From: an uncultured Chloroflexia bacterium
Lineage (GTDB): Bacteria > Chloroflexota > Limnocylindria > Limnocylindrales > CSP1-4
Reading direction: 5' to 3'
Assembly: GCA_963837825.1 (NCBI GenBank)
Contig: CAWIOR010000011.1
Coordinates: 259,414-323,413, forward strand
Length of the DNA stretch: 64,000 bases
Shown here: positions 32,262 through 41,784 of the stretch, piece by piece
Layout of the letters: every line of letters begins with the position of its first letter
Position numbering within the stretch: position 1 is the first letter of the stretch
The notes under the pieces: generated by a model
The model's input: the letters and a program-made list of their open reading frames with translations, nothing else
The model's database searches: none
What the model was told of the DNA's origin: nothing
Position numbers and translations under genes: made by a program

Positions 32262-33143
32262 GTCAGCGCCTCCGCCGCGCCGCGGCCCAGATACGCCTCG
32301 ATGACCTTGGGGTTCTGGCGGACCTCGGCCGGCGTGCCCTCGGCGATGACCGTCCCGTAGTCGAGCACCGTCACCCGGTCGCTGATGCCCATCACGACCC
32401 GCATGTCGTGCTCGATGAGGAGGACCGTGAGCTTGAGCTCGGAGCGCAGTCGGCGGATGAAGTCGGTCATGTCCCGGGTCTCGCTCGGCGTTCATCCCGG
32501 CGGTCGGCTCATCGAGCAGCAGGAGCTTCGGTCGGGTCGCCAGCGCGCGGGCGATCTCGAGTCGACGCTGGTCGCCGTAGGGCAGGCTCCGCGCCCACGC
32601 GTCGGCCCGGTCCTCGAGCTCGACGAGGCTCAGGATGTGCATCGCCTCGTCCCGGTTGGCGGCTTCCTCGTTGAGCATCTTCGGGGTGCGCAGCACCGCG
32701 TCCCACCAGTGACTCCGGAGGTGAACGTTCGCTCCCACCCGGACGTTGTCGAGCGCGGTCATCGTGCCGAACAGGCGGATGTTCTGGAAGGTCCGTCCGA
32801 TGCCCATGGCGGCCACTTCGTGAGGCTTCTTGCCGCGAACCTTCGACCCGCTGGTAGTGATGATCGGACGGCCGTCGAAGTCGATCTCGCCGGACGTCGG
32901 CAGGTAGAAGCCGGTGATCATGTTGAAGAACGTCGTCTTGCCGGCCCCATTGGGTCCGATCAGCGAGACGATCGAGCCGCGCGGGATGTCGAAGTCCACG
33001 GCATTGACCGCCACGAGGCCGCCGAAACGCTTGGTCACCCCACGCGCCTTGACCAGGAGCTGGTCGTCCGGCAGCGAGCCGGTCAGGAGGGTGCTTGACG
33101 GAGGAGCGCTCGGAGCGCCTCCGCCGACCGGCTGGATCGTCAC
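32243..33143 (-). CDS. livG: Branched-chain amino acid ABC transporter ATP-binding protein LivG-like, with an apparent frameshift near ~32488
   Basis: ...VTKRFGGLVAVNAVDFDIPRGSIVSLIGPNGAGKTTFFN...LLLLDEPTAGMN continues after a shift as (PSETRD)MTDFIRRLRSELKLTVLLIEHDMRVVMGISDRVTVLDYG (ORF 32243..32470). Confidence 0.82.
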
Positions 33144-34525
33144 AGGTCCCGAGTCTCCGACGGCACCTCGGCCTCCCGGGCATCCGTCGAGACCTCGTCC
33201 TGTCCGGGCGGCGCGATCTCGATATTGTCCAGCCCGAGCGGCTCGCCGCGCGCCGCCTCGGCGACGGCCAGCCCGTGCGCGCTCAGCTCGGCGGCCCGTT
33301 GGCGATTGGGCACGAAGCCCTCGGGCCGGAACCGCATCATCACCACGAGGGCCAGGCCGAAGAACAGGAAGTTGAACTGGGCCGGGTTCGGGACCGACGG
33401 GGCCACGGACTGGATCTGCTGGCCGAGGTAGGGCAGGAACGTCTTGTCGACGTAGACGAGGGCGATCGCCCCGAGCAGGACGCCCCAGATGTTCCCGATC
33501 CCGCCGAGGATGATCATGATGAGCACGAGGATCGACGTCGAGAACTGGAAGAAGTCCGACGTCGTCGCCCCGAGGTAGGAGGCCTGGAGGGAGCCGGCGA
33601 TGCCGGCGAAGCTCGCCCCGAGGGCGAACGCCAGGAGCTTGGTCCGGACCGTGTTGACGCCCATCATCTCGGCCGCCAGCTCGTCCTCGCGGATCGCCAT
33701 CCAGGCCCGGCCGATGCGTGACCGCTCGAGGTTCCGGGCGAACAGGATCGCCAGCACGAGCAGGAACATCCCGAGATAGACCGGCGCGAAGCCGGCACTG
33801 GCATCGAACTTTACGTTCAGGAACGGGAGGAACGGGGCATCGATCGGGTTGATCCCGAGCGGGCCACCGGTCGCGTTGACGTGCTCGACGGCGATCGTGA
33901 CGATCCCGAGGTTGATCGAGAACGTGACGTCGGCCATGTTCCTGAACACGACCGGGACGATCTCTCCGAAGCCGAGGGTGACGATCGCCAGGTAGTCGCC
34001 CCGGAGGCGCAGCGTCGGAGCCCCGAGGAGCGCCCCGAACGTCGCGGCCACGAGCATCGCGACCGGCACGATGATCCAGAACGGCAGGTGGATGCCCGGG
34101 AAGCCCGGCGCGACGTTGCCGAGGAAGACGAGGCTGATGCTCCCGAAATGGGGCGAGGCGAGGAACGCCGCTGTATACGCTCCGATCGCGTAGAACGCCA
34201 CGTAGCCGAGGTCGAGCAGCCCGGCGAACCCGGCCACGATGTTCAGGCCGACGGCCATGATCCCGAAGATCATCATGAACGTGACGACCGTGTCCTCCGG
34301 GGTCGGCAGCGGGAAGACCGTTCGGCTGATCTGCTGGAGCACGAACCGGTTGATGACCGGGTAGAGCACGCCGAGAAGCACAAGCACGGTCAGGCCGAGG
34401 GTCCGACGGCGCCGCTCGGTCAGCTGCCGGCGGTACGCCTCGGGCAGCCCGGACAGGACGTCCCCGACATGAGCGGCCCAGCCGGCGAATCCGCCGGGGT
34501 GAGGGCTCTCCGTGGCGGTCGTCAT
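33140..34525 (-). CDS. livM: Branched-chain amino acid ABC transporter permease LivM-like
   Basis: From ATG 34525 (ATGA overlap with the livH stop) in ORF 33140..34933. It is polytopic, with ...GYVAFYAIGAYTAAFL... Confidence 0.85.
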   Translation of the reverse strand: MTTATESPHPGGFAGWAAHVGDVLSGLPEAYRRQLTERRRRTLGLTVLVLLGVLYPVINRFVLQQISRTVFPLPTPEDTVVTFMMIFGIMAVGLNIVAGFAGLLDLGYVAFYAIGAYTAAFLASPHFGSISLVFLGNVAPGFPGIHLPFWIIVPVAMLVAATFGALLGAPTLRLRGDYLAIVTLGFGEIVPVVFRNMADVTFSINLGIVTIAVEHVNATGGPLGINPIDAPFLPFLNVKFDASAGFAPVYLGMFLLVLAILFARNLERSRIGRAWMAIREDELAAEMMGVNTVRTKLLAFALGASFAGIAGSLQASYLGATTSDFFQFSTSILVLIMIILGGIGNIWGVLLGAIALVYVDKTFLPYLGQQIQSVAPSVPNPAQFNFLFFGLALVVMMRFRPEGFVPNRQRAAELSAHGLAVAEAARGEPLGLDNIEIAPPGQDEVSTDAREAEVPSETRDL

Positions 34526-35445
34526 GCTCGGTCCGCCAGCTGCTGGCCGAGGAGGCCGGTCGGCTTGAACACGAGGACGGCGATGAGCACCGCGAAGACG
34601 ATCGCGTTCGTCCAGGTCGCGGACATGTAGCGGTCGCTGAAGGCGTTGATCTGGCCGAGGACGAGCGCGCCGAGGACGGCGCCGGACAGGTTGCCGATCC
34701 CGCCCAGGACCGCCGAGGTGAACGCGTTCAGACCGAACCGGAAGCCCAGGTTCCAGACCGTGACGTTGTTGTAGAGGATCTGGACGACCCCGGCCGCTCC
34801 GGCCAGGGCGCCGCCGATCAGGAAGGTCAGGGCAATGGTCCGGTTGACGTCGACGCCCATCAGGCCGGCCGTGTCGGGATCCTGGGCCGTCGCCCGCATG
34901 GCGCGACCCTGGCGGGTCTTGCCGACGAACCACGACAGGGCGATGAGGAGCGGGATCGTGACCATCGCCACGAACGCCTGCTGCAGGTTCACCTCGACCG
35001 TGGTGATCCCGAAGTAGGACAGCAGGTTGGTCGTCGGCAGGATGTTGTCGATGCTCTTGTTGGCCGGGCCGGAGATGAGCAGGCCCACGTTCTGGAGGAC
35101 GAAGCTCATCCCGATCGCCGAGATGAGGGGTGCCAGCTTCGGCGCATGTCGAAGCGGCCGGTAAGCCACCCGCTCGATGCTGGCGTTGAGCGTCGCGGTC
35201 ACGCCCATCGTCACCAGGATGACGATCAGGATCTCGGCGATCATCACCGGTGCCGGCGTCGAGGCCGAGATACCCAACCTCGTGAACAGGAAGAGGGCGG
35301 TCATCGAGCCGAGCATGAACACGTCGCCGTGGGCAAAGTTGATCAGCTCGATGATCCCGTAGACGAGCGTGTAACCCAGCGCCACCAGGGCGAAGATCAG
35401 CCCGTTCGACAGACCGATGATGAACGTCTGGAGGATCTGGTCCAC
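34522..35445 (-). CDS. livH: Branched-chain amino acid ABC transporter permease LivH-like
   Basis: MDQILQTFIIGLSNGLIFALVALGYTLVYGIIELINFAHGD... is the canonical LivH N-terminus. Confidence 0.9.
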   Translation of the reverse strand: MDQILQTFIIGLSNGLIFALVALGYTLVYGIIELINFAHGDVFMLGSMTALFLFTRLGISASTPAPVMIAEILIVILVTMGVTATLNASIERVAYRPLRHAPKLAPLISAIGMSFVLQNVGLLISGPANKSIDNILPTTNLLSYFGITTVEVNLQQAFVAMVTIPLLIALSWFVGKTRQGRAMRATAQDPDTAGLMGVDVNRTIALTFLIGGALAGAAGVVQILYNNVTVWNLGFRFGLNAFTSAVLGGIGNLSGAVLGALVLGQINAFSDRYMSATWTNAIVFAVLIAVLVFKPTGLLGQQLADRA

Positions 35446-35537
35446 GCCGTCCTCTTGGTCGGGGAAGAGGGCTGAAACGGCATCCGGGGCGGGTTCGTCA
35501 CCCGCCCCGGATGCATGTCAGGTCGATCGACCGAGGC

Positions 35538-36833
35538 TCAGAGGCCCTTCGACTCGAACAGCTGGACGAACTTCGGCGGCCAGCTATCCACGACCTGGTA
35601 GCCGGTGATCCCACCGCCGGTCACGTCGCCATTGGCGTCCAGGGTGACCGTCCCGGTCACCGTGGCCAGACCGCTGGTCGCCATGACGTTCTTGAGGACC
35701 TCGTAGCGGTCGTTGGTCCCGGCCTTCTGGAGGGCGGCCAGGACGACTGCCGCGGCGGCGTTGCCGTAGGCCGTGTAGACGGCCGGCGAGTTGCCACCGT
35801 GGTCGGTCTTGTACTTGTCGTACCAGGTCTTGCCGTCTCCGGTCAGCTGGTCCGGACCGATCGCGCCGAAGGTCAGGTACGTCCCGTTGCCGGCCGAGCC
35901 GACTCCGTCGTACCAGGACTTCTCGAACACGCCGTCACCCGACATGATCGTGGTGTCCGGCATCGCCGCCCGGAGGTCCTTCCAGAGCTTGCCGGTGTTC
36001 TGGCCGGTGATCGAGCCGATGTAGATGATGTCGGCTCCACCGGCCTTGATCTTCTGGGCCAGGGCGCTGTAGTCGGTCGCCTTGGGATCGAAGCTCTCGG
36101 ACGTGCCGTTGGCGCTCAGGACCGTGCCGCCGCCCTTGGCGAAGGCGAGCGCCCACGACTTGGCCAGACCCTGGCCGTAGACCTGCGTGTCGTCGAGGAC
36201 CCAGGCCTTCGTCTTGCCCAGGCTCTTCGCCCAGTCCGCGCCCGCCGCGCCCTGCGCGTCGTCGGTACCCACGACCCGGGAGTAGTTGCGGTAGCCGTTC
36301 GGGTAGTAGACCTCCGGCTCGCCGGGCTTGGTCACGCCGGTGACGGCCTTGGTCAGTCCGGGATACGTGTTGGCGGGGGTGACCATGACCAGGCAGGCCG
36401 CGTTGAGGATCGGGATCGCCAGCTTGGCCGCGCCCGAGTTGTAGGTGCCGATGTAGGCCATGGCTTCCGGATCGGCGGCGGCCTTGTTGGCGTTGGCCTG
36501 CTCGACGGTGCCGTCCCAGTCGCCGTTGTTGGCGGCCGACGAGTCGTCGAGGTCGAAGTACTTGATCGTGAAGTTCCCGACCTTCACCCCGTCGAGGGTC
36601 GCCTTGATCTGCTCGACGAGCGTGTCCGACTGCTCCGTGTTGGTGCCCTGGCGCGGCAGGCTCGAGTAGACGTGGATCTCGCTCGAGCTGGTGCCCTTCT
36701 TGTTCTTGCAAACCTCGGGCTGCGTGCCGGCGCCGCCGCCACTGGAGGGCGCGGTCGTCCCTCCGGTGCTGCTGCAGGCAGCGAACACGAGCACCGCGCC
36801 GGCGACGAACGCGCCGAGCTTGGCGTTCTTCAT
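35538..36833 (-). CDS. ABC transporter substrate-binding lipoprotein (LivJ/K-type, type I PBP)
   Basis: Signal peptide plus lipobox (AVLVFAAC) and a Leu/Ile/Val-binding-protein-like body. Confidence 0.85.
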   Translation of the reverse strand: MKNAKLGAFVAGAVLVFAACSSTGGTTAPSSGGGAGTQPEVCKNKKGTSSSEIHVYSSLPRQGTNTEQSDTLVEQIKATLDGVKVGNFTIKYFDLDDSSAANNGDWDGTVEQANANKAAADPEAMAYIGTYNSGAAKLAIPILNAACLVMVTPANTYPGLTKAVTGVTKPGEPEVYYPNGYRNYSRVVGTDDAQGAAGADWAKSLGKTKAWVLDDTQVYGQGLAKSWALAFAKGGGTVLSANGTSESFDPKATDYSALAQKIKAGGADIIYIGSITGQNTGKLWKDLRAAMPDTTIMSGDGVFEKSWYDGVGSAGNGTYLTFGAIGPDQLTGDGKTWYDKYKTDHGGNSPAVYTAYGNAAAAVVLAALQKAGTNDRYEVLKNVMATSGLATVTGTVTLDANGDVTGGGITGYQVVDSWPPKFVQLFESKGL

Positions 36834-37078
36834 AAACGACTCCTCCTCAGCTCCCGCCCGTCACCTGGACGAGCGTCCCGGTCGATACCCCTGCGCGGCG
36901 GTCCCAGCCGGGCCTCGCCTCGTCCCCGGTGCCCATCATCCCCGGTGCGATCCCCCTCCGGTTCCTCTCCCCAGGGGGCCGGCGGTCGGGGTCGCGCGGT
37001 GGGACGTCGGTGCGTAGCGGCGACGGCACGACGGCCGGAGCTCGGGCGGCGCGCAGGTGGCCGCCGAAGCGATGCCGT

Positions 37079-37106
37079 ATATTAGCCACCGGCGCGTCGA
37101 TTGCAA
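37079..37106 (-). promoter_or_regulatory. Candidate promoter of the liv operon (TTGCAA-16 nt-TAATAT), implying a ~245-nt 5' leader
   Basis: -35 at 37101-06; -10 is the reverse complement of 37079-84. The AT-rich hexamer stands out in a GC-rich intergenic region. Confidence 0.4.
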
Positions 37107-37252
37107 CATCCGGTCGACGAGCGCCCCAGGCGGCTGTCGAGCGGTTTCCGCTCGCCCCCGGAGGCGTGCTCGCGATCAGTCGGGTCATCCCGTCGGACCC
37201 CGATCCAGTGTTCGCAGCGACGTGCCACCCTCGCGAGGTCACACCCGTCAGC

Positions 37253-37717
37253 GTGGACTACCAGGTTCGAGCGGCTCGGATCACCGACATCGATCGGCTC
37301 GTGGCACTGTGCGCCGATGCGCTCAGCCGGCCCGACGGCGATGCGCCGCTCGTCGCGCCGGATCTGCTCCGCCAGCTGGTCTACCTGCCCCAGGCGAGCG
37401 TCCTCGTGGCCGAGCTTCGCCGGTCGATCATCGGTGCGGCGATCCTCGCCCTCCGGCCGTCCGTCAGGGCCGGCGGGTTCGTCGGGACCGTCGACCTCCT
37501 CGTGTGCGATCCGCGCCACGACGTCGATGCCGTCGCCGACGCGCTGATCGAGGAGGCGCTCCGCTCGGCCCGCAACAAGGGCTGCACCTGCGTGGAGGTG
37601 GCCAGGCCGGAGGACCCGGCCGAGCAGGCTCGCTGGGATCGGCGTGGCTTCCACGAGGCCGGCCTGCTGCTCGAACGACCCGTGGCGACCGCGAGAGGCG
37701 GCGCCCGTCAACCATGA
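37253..37717 (+). CDS. GNAT-family N-acetyltransferase
   Basis: From GTG 37253 in ORF 36929..37717: ...VRAARITDIDRLVAL...IIGAAILALRP...GFVGTVDLLVCDPRHDVDAVADALIEEALRSARNKGCTCVEV...RWDRRGFHE. Confidence 0.75.
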   Translation: MDYQVRAARITDIDRLVALCADALSRPDGDAPLVAPDLLRQLVYLPQASVLVAELRRSIIGAAILALRPSVRAGGFVGTVDLLVCDPRHDVDAVADALIEEALRSARNKGCTCVEVARPEDPAEQARWDRRGFHEAGLLLERPVATARGGARQP

Positions 37718-37787
37718 CATCGCGACATCGTCCGCCGAGCCGCGCCGCGGCGCGCCGGTCGGCCACCGACCAGATCAAGGAGTCAAC

Positions 37788-39640
37788 GTGGGCAAGAACG
37801 TAGCCGTCTTCGTGGACGTGGCGAACATCTTCTATGCGGCCAAGGCGGCCGGCGTGGACATCGATTACGTCACGCTCCTCAAGTCGGCCGTCGCCGGCCG
37901 GGATTTCGTGCGCGCGTATGCGTACACCGGCCTCGATCCGGACAATGAGAACCAGCGCAACTTCCACAACTTCCTGTCGCGCCACGGCTACAAGGTCGTG
38001 AGCAAGGACATCCGCAAGTACGGCGACGGGAAGGTCAAGGCGAACCTCGACATCGAGCTCGTCGTCGACATGCTCAAGACGGCCAGGAACCTGGACGTCG
38101 CGATCGTCGTGTCGGGCGATGGCGACTTCGCACCGGCCATCCGCGCGGTCCAGGAGATGGGTGTCCGGGTCGAGGTCATCAGCTTCCGTGGGAACACGTC
38201 GTCGGACCTCATGGACGTGGCCGACCAGTTCACCGACATCATCCAGATCGCCAAGGTCGAGAAGGGCTCGTCGCGGAGTGGGCGGCGGGTCGCCGATGAC
38301 GGAGAGGACCTGTCCATGACCGAGGTCCCCGACAAGCTGACCGAGGGGACCGGACGGGGGCGCGGACGAGGGACCGGCCGGGCACGGCGATCCGGCGAGG
38401 CGGAGCGTGAGCCGGCCGCCGCGACCCGAGCGCCGTCGCGAGGCCGGGGCCGTGCCGCGGCCGTCGAGCCGGAGCCGGTCGTCGCGGGCGCGCCGTCGAT
38501 CGGTCTCGTCGCCCTGCCGGGCGAGAAGCTGTCGAAGGCCGCCCAGGCTCGACTCGAGGCGGCCACTGCGACGGCCGCCGGTCCGGAGACCGAGGAGACC
38601 GCAGCTGAGGGCAGCGGCCTCGCCGAGGAGCACCTCGAGGGCGACGGTGAGGGCCCGCGTCGTCGCCGCCGACGTGGCGGCCGCGGCCGAGGCCGCGGGC
38701 GCGGACGCGCCGAGGGCGCCGAGCTCGAAGGCGCACCGACCGGCGACGCACACGCCGATGAGGCGGTGGAGGAGGAAGGAGCCGAGCTCGTCGCGAGCGC
38801 GCCGCGTCCCCCGCGGCCGGGCGCGTTCGGCTCGATCTGGGACTCCCAGATCGGCCAGACCCGGGCACCGGCGGCCGAGTCGACCCCGTTCGACGTCGAC
38901 GAGGAGGACGAGCCGGCGATCCCCGAGTACCTCATCGCCGAGCAGCGGCGCGGCTCGGCCGGCCGAGCCGGCCGACCGGCTGGCCGAGGCGGCCGCGGCG
39001 GCGCCTACAGCGCGGCCGTCGACCGTGAGCGCTATGGCCGGGGAGGTGGCGGCGGGATCAATCGCTACCCGGACGTGTCCGGGCGCGGGGGCGGCGGAGC
39101 CGGCCGCGGCGGGCGCGACGTCCGTCGGGAGGAGCGGGTCGCTCCGACCGGTCGCCCGGAGCGCGTCCGCCCGGCCGGTGGCCGCGCCGACGAACCGTGG
39201 AGCGAGGTCCCGCCCGAGCTGGAGGCGATGCTCCGGGCGCAGCTGGCGCCCGGCGGACCGACGAGCGACCGGCCGGTCCGGCGTCGGGCGGCGAGACCGC
39301 AGCCGAGGAACCGACGCGGGCAGCCGCACCGGCCGTTCCGAAGGCCCGGGCGACGAGCCGGAGGAAGGCGACCCCGGCGACCGAGGCCGCGACCACGTCC
39401 GCCGGGACCCGCGAGACGGAACCCGCCGCCCCGAAGGCTCGGGCGACCGCTCGCCGGAAGGCGACGACCGCGGCCCCGACGGCCGGCGAAGCGCCGGCCT
39501 CCGCCGCTCCCGCCAAGCGTCGGACGGCGACCCGGTCCAAGGCGACCGCGTCCAGCGAGGGTGCCGAACCCGCGGCAGAGACCGCCGCACCGAAGCGGCG
39601 GACGGCGACGCGGAAGAAGGCCGAGACGCCCGAGGCCTAG
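37788..39640 (+). CDS. NYN (LabA/DUF88-like, PIN-related) domain protein with a long RGG-rich disordered region and four basic PK(A/R)R(A/T)TxRxKA repeats; apparent frameshift ~39250-39290
   Basis: GTG 37788 (AAGGAG 5 nt upstream): VGKNVAVFVDVANIFYAAKAAGVDIDY...DIELVVDML...VVSGDGDFAPAIRAVQEMGVRVEVISF. GC3 shows the tail is coded in the frame of ORF 39197..39640 (...PKARATSRRKAT...PKARATARRKAT...AKRRTATRSKAT...PKRRTATRKKAE). Confidence 0.7.
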
Positions 39641-39679
39641 CCGCCGTCGGGACGGGCTGCCGGCGATGAGGCCGCTCGG

Positions 39680-40966
39680 ATGAGCCCACCGGTCGACCCT
39701 CGCGTCATGGCCACGGCCGGTGCGCGCTGGTCGACCCGCGGTCAGCCGGCGGCCCTCGCGGCGGTCGCCCGGATGGTGGTCGGGCCGACGCCCCATGCCG
39801 TGCTCCTCGTCGGACCGCCGGCCGTCGGCAAGACCACCCTCGCCGAGGACCTGGCCGCGGCCCTGCTGTGCGACGCGCCCGACCTCGCCGACCGACCGTG
39901 CCGGGCGTGTCGTGGCTGCCGCCTCGTCGCGGGGGGCAACCACCCCGACCTCCACCGCCTCGCCCCCGAGGGGCCGGGCGGCCAGGTGGTCATCGGTGAC
40001 GCCCGCGAGGCCAGGGCCGCCCGAGGGGTGCGCGACCTGGTCCGCGACCTCGCCCTGCTGCCGATCGAGGGTGGCGCCCGGGTGGCCATCGTCGAGGGCG
40101 CGGCGCAGATGAACGAGGACGCCCAGAACGCCTTGCTCAAGACGCTCGAGGAGCCGCCCGCCGGTGTCACGATCGTCCTGTGCGTCGACCGGGAGGAGCT
40201 GCTCCTGCCGACGGTGCGTTCGCGCTGCGCCCGGGTCCGGCTCGGACCGGCCGGCCCGCGCGAGATCGAGGCGCTCCTCGGCGACCTGGGCCTGGCCGAC
40301 CCGTCGACGGCCGGGCGCCTGTCCCACCTGGCCGAGGGTCGACCGGGTGTCGCCGTCGCCTACGCTCGAGCTCCGGAGGCGGTGGCGATCCGGGACGAGA
40401 TCGCCCGGACGCTGCTCGATCTGCTGTCGCAGGCTCGCTCCCGGCGACTCGCCGCCGCGCGGGAGCTTCTCGGACGGGCCGGCGATCTGGCCGAGGCGCT
40501 GGCGGGCTCGACCGCGCTGCCCGTGGCGCGGTCGCGCGGACGGCCACATCGCCCGGCGGGCGGTCAGGCGACCTCGTCGACGGCCGGGCAGGACACCGCC
40601 CTGGCCCCGGAGGCCGGCGCGGGGGGCGAGGCCGGGTCCGGCGAGTCGACCGAGTCGGACGCGACCAGGCTGACCGCGGCCGAGCGACGACGCGCGGCTC
40701 GACAGCTCCTGTCGATCTGGCGCGACCTGGCGCGCGATCTCGCCGTCGTCGGGATCGGCGGGTCGGCCGGTCGGCGGGCGATCCATGATGTCGCGCTGCT
40801 GGAGGAGCTCGAGGCCGCGGCGTCCGGGCTGCCGCCGGGCGCCGTCGCCGCGTTCCTCGCCCGACTCGATCGGGTCGCCGAGTCCGTCGCCGGCAACGTC
40901 AGCCCGGAACTGGCCGTCGACGTCCTCGTCCTTGCCTGGCCGTCCGCCCGGCGGGTCGCCGCTTGA
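39680..40966 (+). CDS. holB: DNA polymerase III subunit delta-prime
   Basis: ...HAVLLVGPPAVGKTTLAEDLAAALLC...CRACRGCRLVAGGNHPDL...NEDAQNALLKTLEEPP...LPTVRSRC... Confidence 0.85.
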   Translation: MSPPVDPRVMATAGARWSTRGQPAALAAVARMVVGPTPHAVLLVGPPAVGKTTLAEDLAAALLCDAPDLADRPCRACRGCRLVAGGNHPDLHRLAPEGPGGQVVIGDAREARAARGVRDLVRDLALLPIEGGARVAIVEGAAQMNEDAQNALLKTLEEPPAGVTIVLCVDREELLLPTVRSRCARVRLGPAGPREIEALLGDLGLADPSTAGRLSHLAEGRPGVAVAYARAPEAVAIRDEIARTLLDLLSQARSRRLAAARELLGRAGDLAEALAGSTALPVARSRGRPHRPAGGQATSSTAGQDTALAPEAGAGGEAGSGESTESDATRLTAAERRRAARQLLSIWRDLARDLAVVGIGGSAGRRAIHDVALLEELEAAASGLPPGAVAAFLARLDRVAESVAGNVSPELAVDVLVLAWPSARRVAA

Positions 40967-41283
40967 CCGGGTCGGCAGCGGACCCGTCTCGACGCGCGCG
41001 GGTCGAGGTCGTCGTCGGTGGCCAGGTCCAGGGGGTCGGCTTCCGGATGTTCGCCGCCCGGGCCGCCGCGGCGCACGCATTGACCGGCTGGGTCGCCAAC
41101 GAGCCCGACGGCTCGGTGCGCTGCGTCGCAGAGGGGCCGCGCGGGACGCTCGAGGCGTTCGTCCGCGAGCTGGCGGACGGGCCGCCGAGCGCGGCGATCG
41201 AACGGTTCACGGTCGCCTGGTCCGAGGCCCTCGACGGGTTCGACCAATTCGCGATACGGTCTGGCTGGCATGGCGGCGACTGA
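40963..41283 (+). CDS. acyP: Acylphosphatase
   Basis: ...VVVGGQVQGVGFRMFAARAAAAHALTGWVANEPDGSVRCVAEG... is the acylphosphatase signature. Confidence 0.88.
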   Translation: MTGSAADPSRRARVEVVVGGQVQGVGFRMFAARAAAAHALTGWVANEPDGSVRCVAEGPRGTLEAFVRELADGPPSAAIERFTVAWSEALDGFDQFAIRSGWHGGD

Positions 41284-41749
41284 CGGGGGCACGCTCGAGT
41301 GGATCCACCTCGCGGACCGCGAGGGTGGGCCGGTCCGGGCGGTCGAGTCCGTCGAGGCCATCGCCGGCGTCGGTCTGGCGGGCGATCGCCATGCCGTCCG
41401 GCCCGAGGATCGGGAGCCGGGTGACGACGAGGTCCAGGATGTCACCCTCGTCGAGGCCGAGCAGATCGAGTGGCTCGCCGCCGAGACCGGGATCCGGCTC
41501 GACCCCGGCGCCACGCGGCGCAACCTGACGACCCGGGGGATCAGGCTCAACGACCTCGTCGGGAGGACGTTCCGGGTCGGTGCGGTCCGGGTCGAGGGGG
41601 TCGAGCTGTGCGAGCCGTGCGCCCATCTCCAGGAGATGGTCGGCCAGCCGGTCCTCCGACCGCTGGTCCACCGGGCAGGCCTCCGGGCGCGGCTGCTCGA
41701 CAGCGGCGAGATCCGGGTCGGAGACCCGATCGAGGTCGAGCCCGGCTGA
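41270..41749 (+). CDS. MOSC domain protein
   Basis: ...GLAGDRHA...TLVEAE...RRNLTTRGIRLNDLVGRTFRVGAVRVEGVELCEPCAHL... Confidence 0.8.
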   Translation: MAATDGGTLEWIHLADREGGPVRAVESVEAIAGVGLAGDRHAVRPEDREPGDDEVQDVTLVEAEQIEWLAAETGIRLDPGATRRNLTTRGIRLNDLVGRTFRVGAVRVEGVELCEPCAHLQEMVGQPVLRPLVHRAGLRARLLDSGEIRVGDPIEVEPG

Positions 41750-41784
41750 CGCCGCGCCGCACTTCGGCGCCGTGAGGCCCTCGG

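Noticed and set aside
36900-36990. Glycine-riboswitch-like fragments (GGGGAGAGG, CACCGGGGA) in the liv leader.
   Set aside because: Only partial resemblance to the GGAGAG / CACCGAAGGGGCAA cores, and no CUCAGGC...GGAC element. The repeats are same-sense and do not obviously form the aptamer helices. The leader is kept as an unexplained finding rather than called a glycine riboswitch.
36834-37252. The switch of gene orientation (mostly minus strand left of 37 kb, mostly plus strand to its right) across a 400-nt intergenic region, as a possible replication origin.
   Set aside because: No DnaA boxes and no extended AT-rich unwinding element in this gap, and no dnaA/dnaN nearby. The divergent promoters of the liv operon and the GNAT gene explain the layout.
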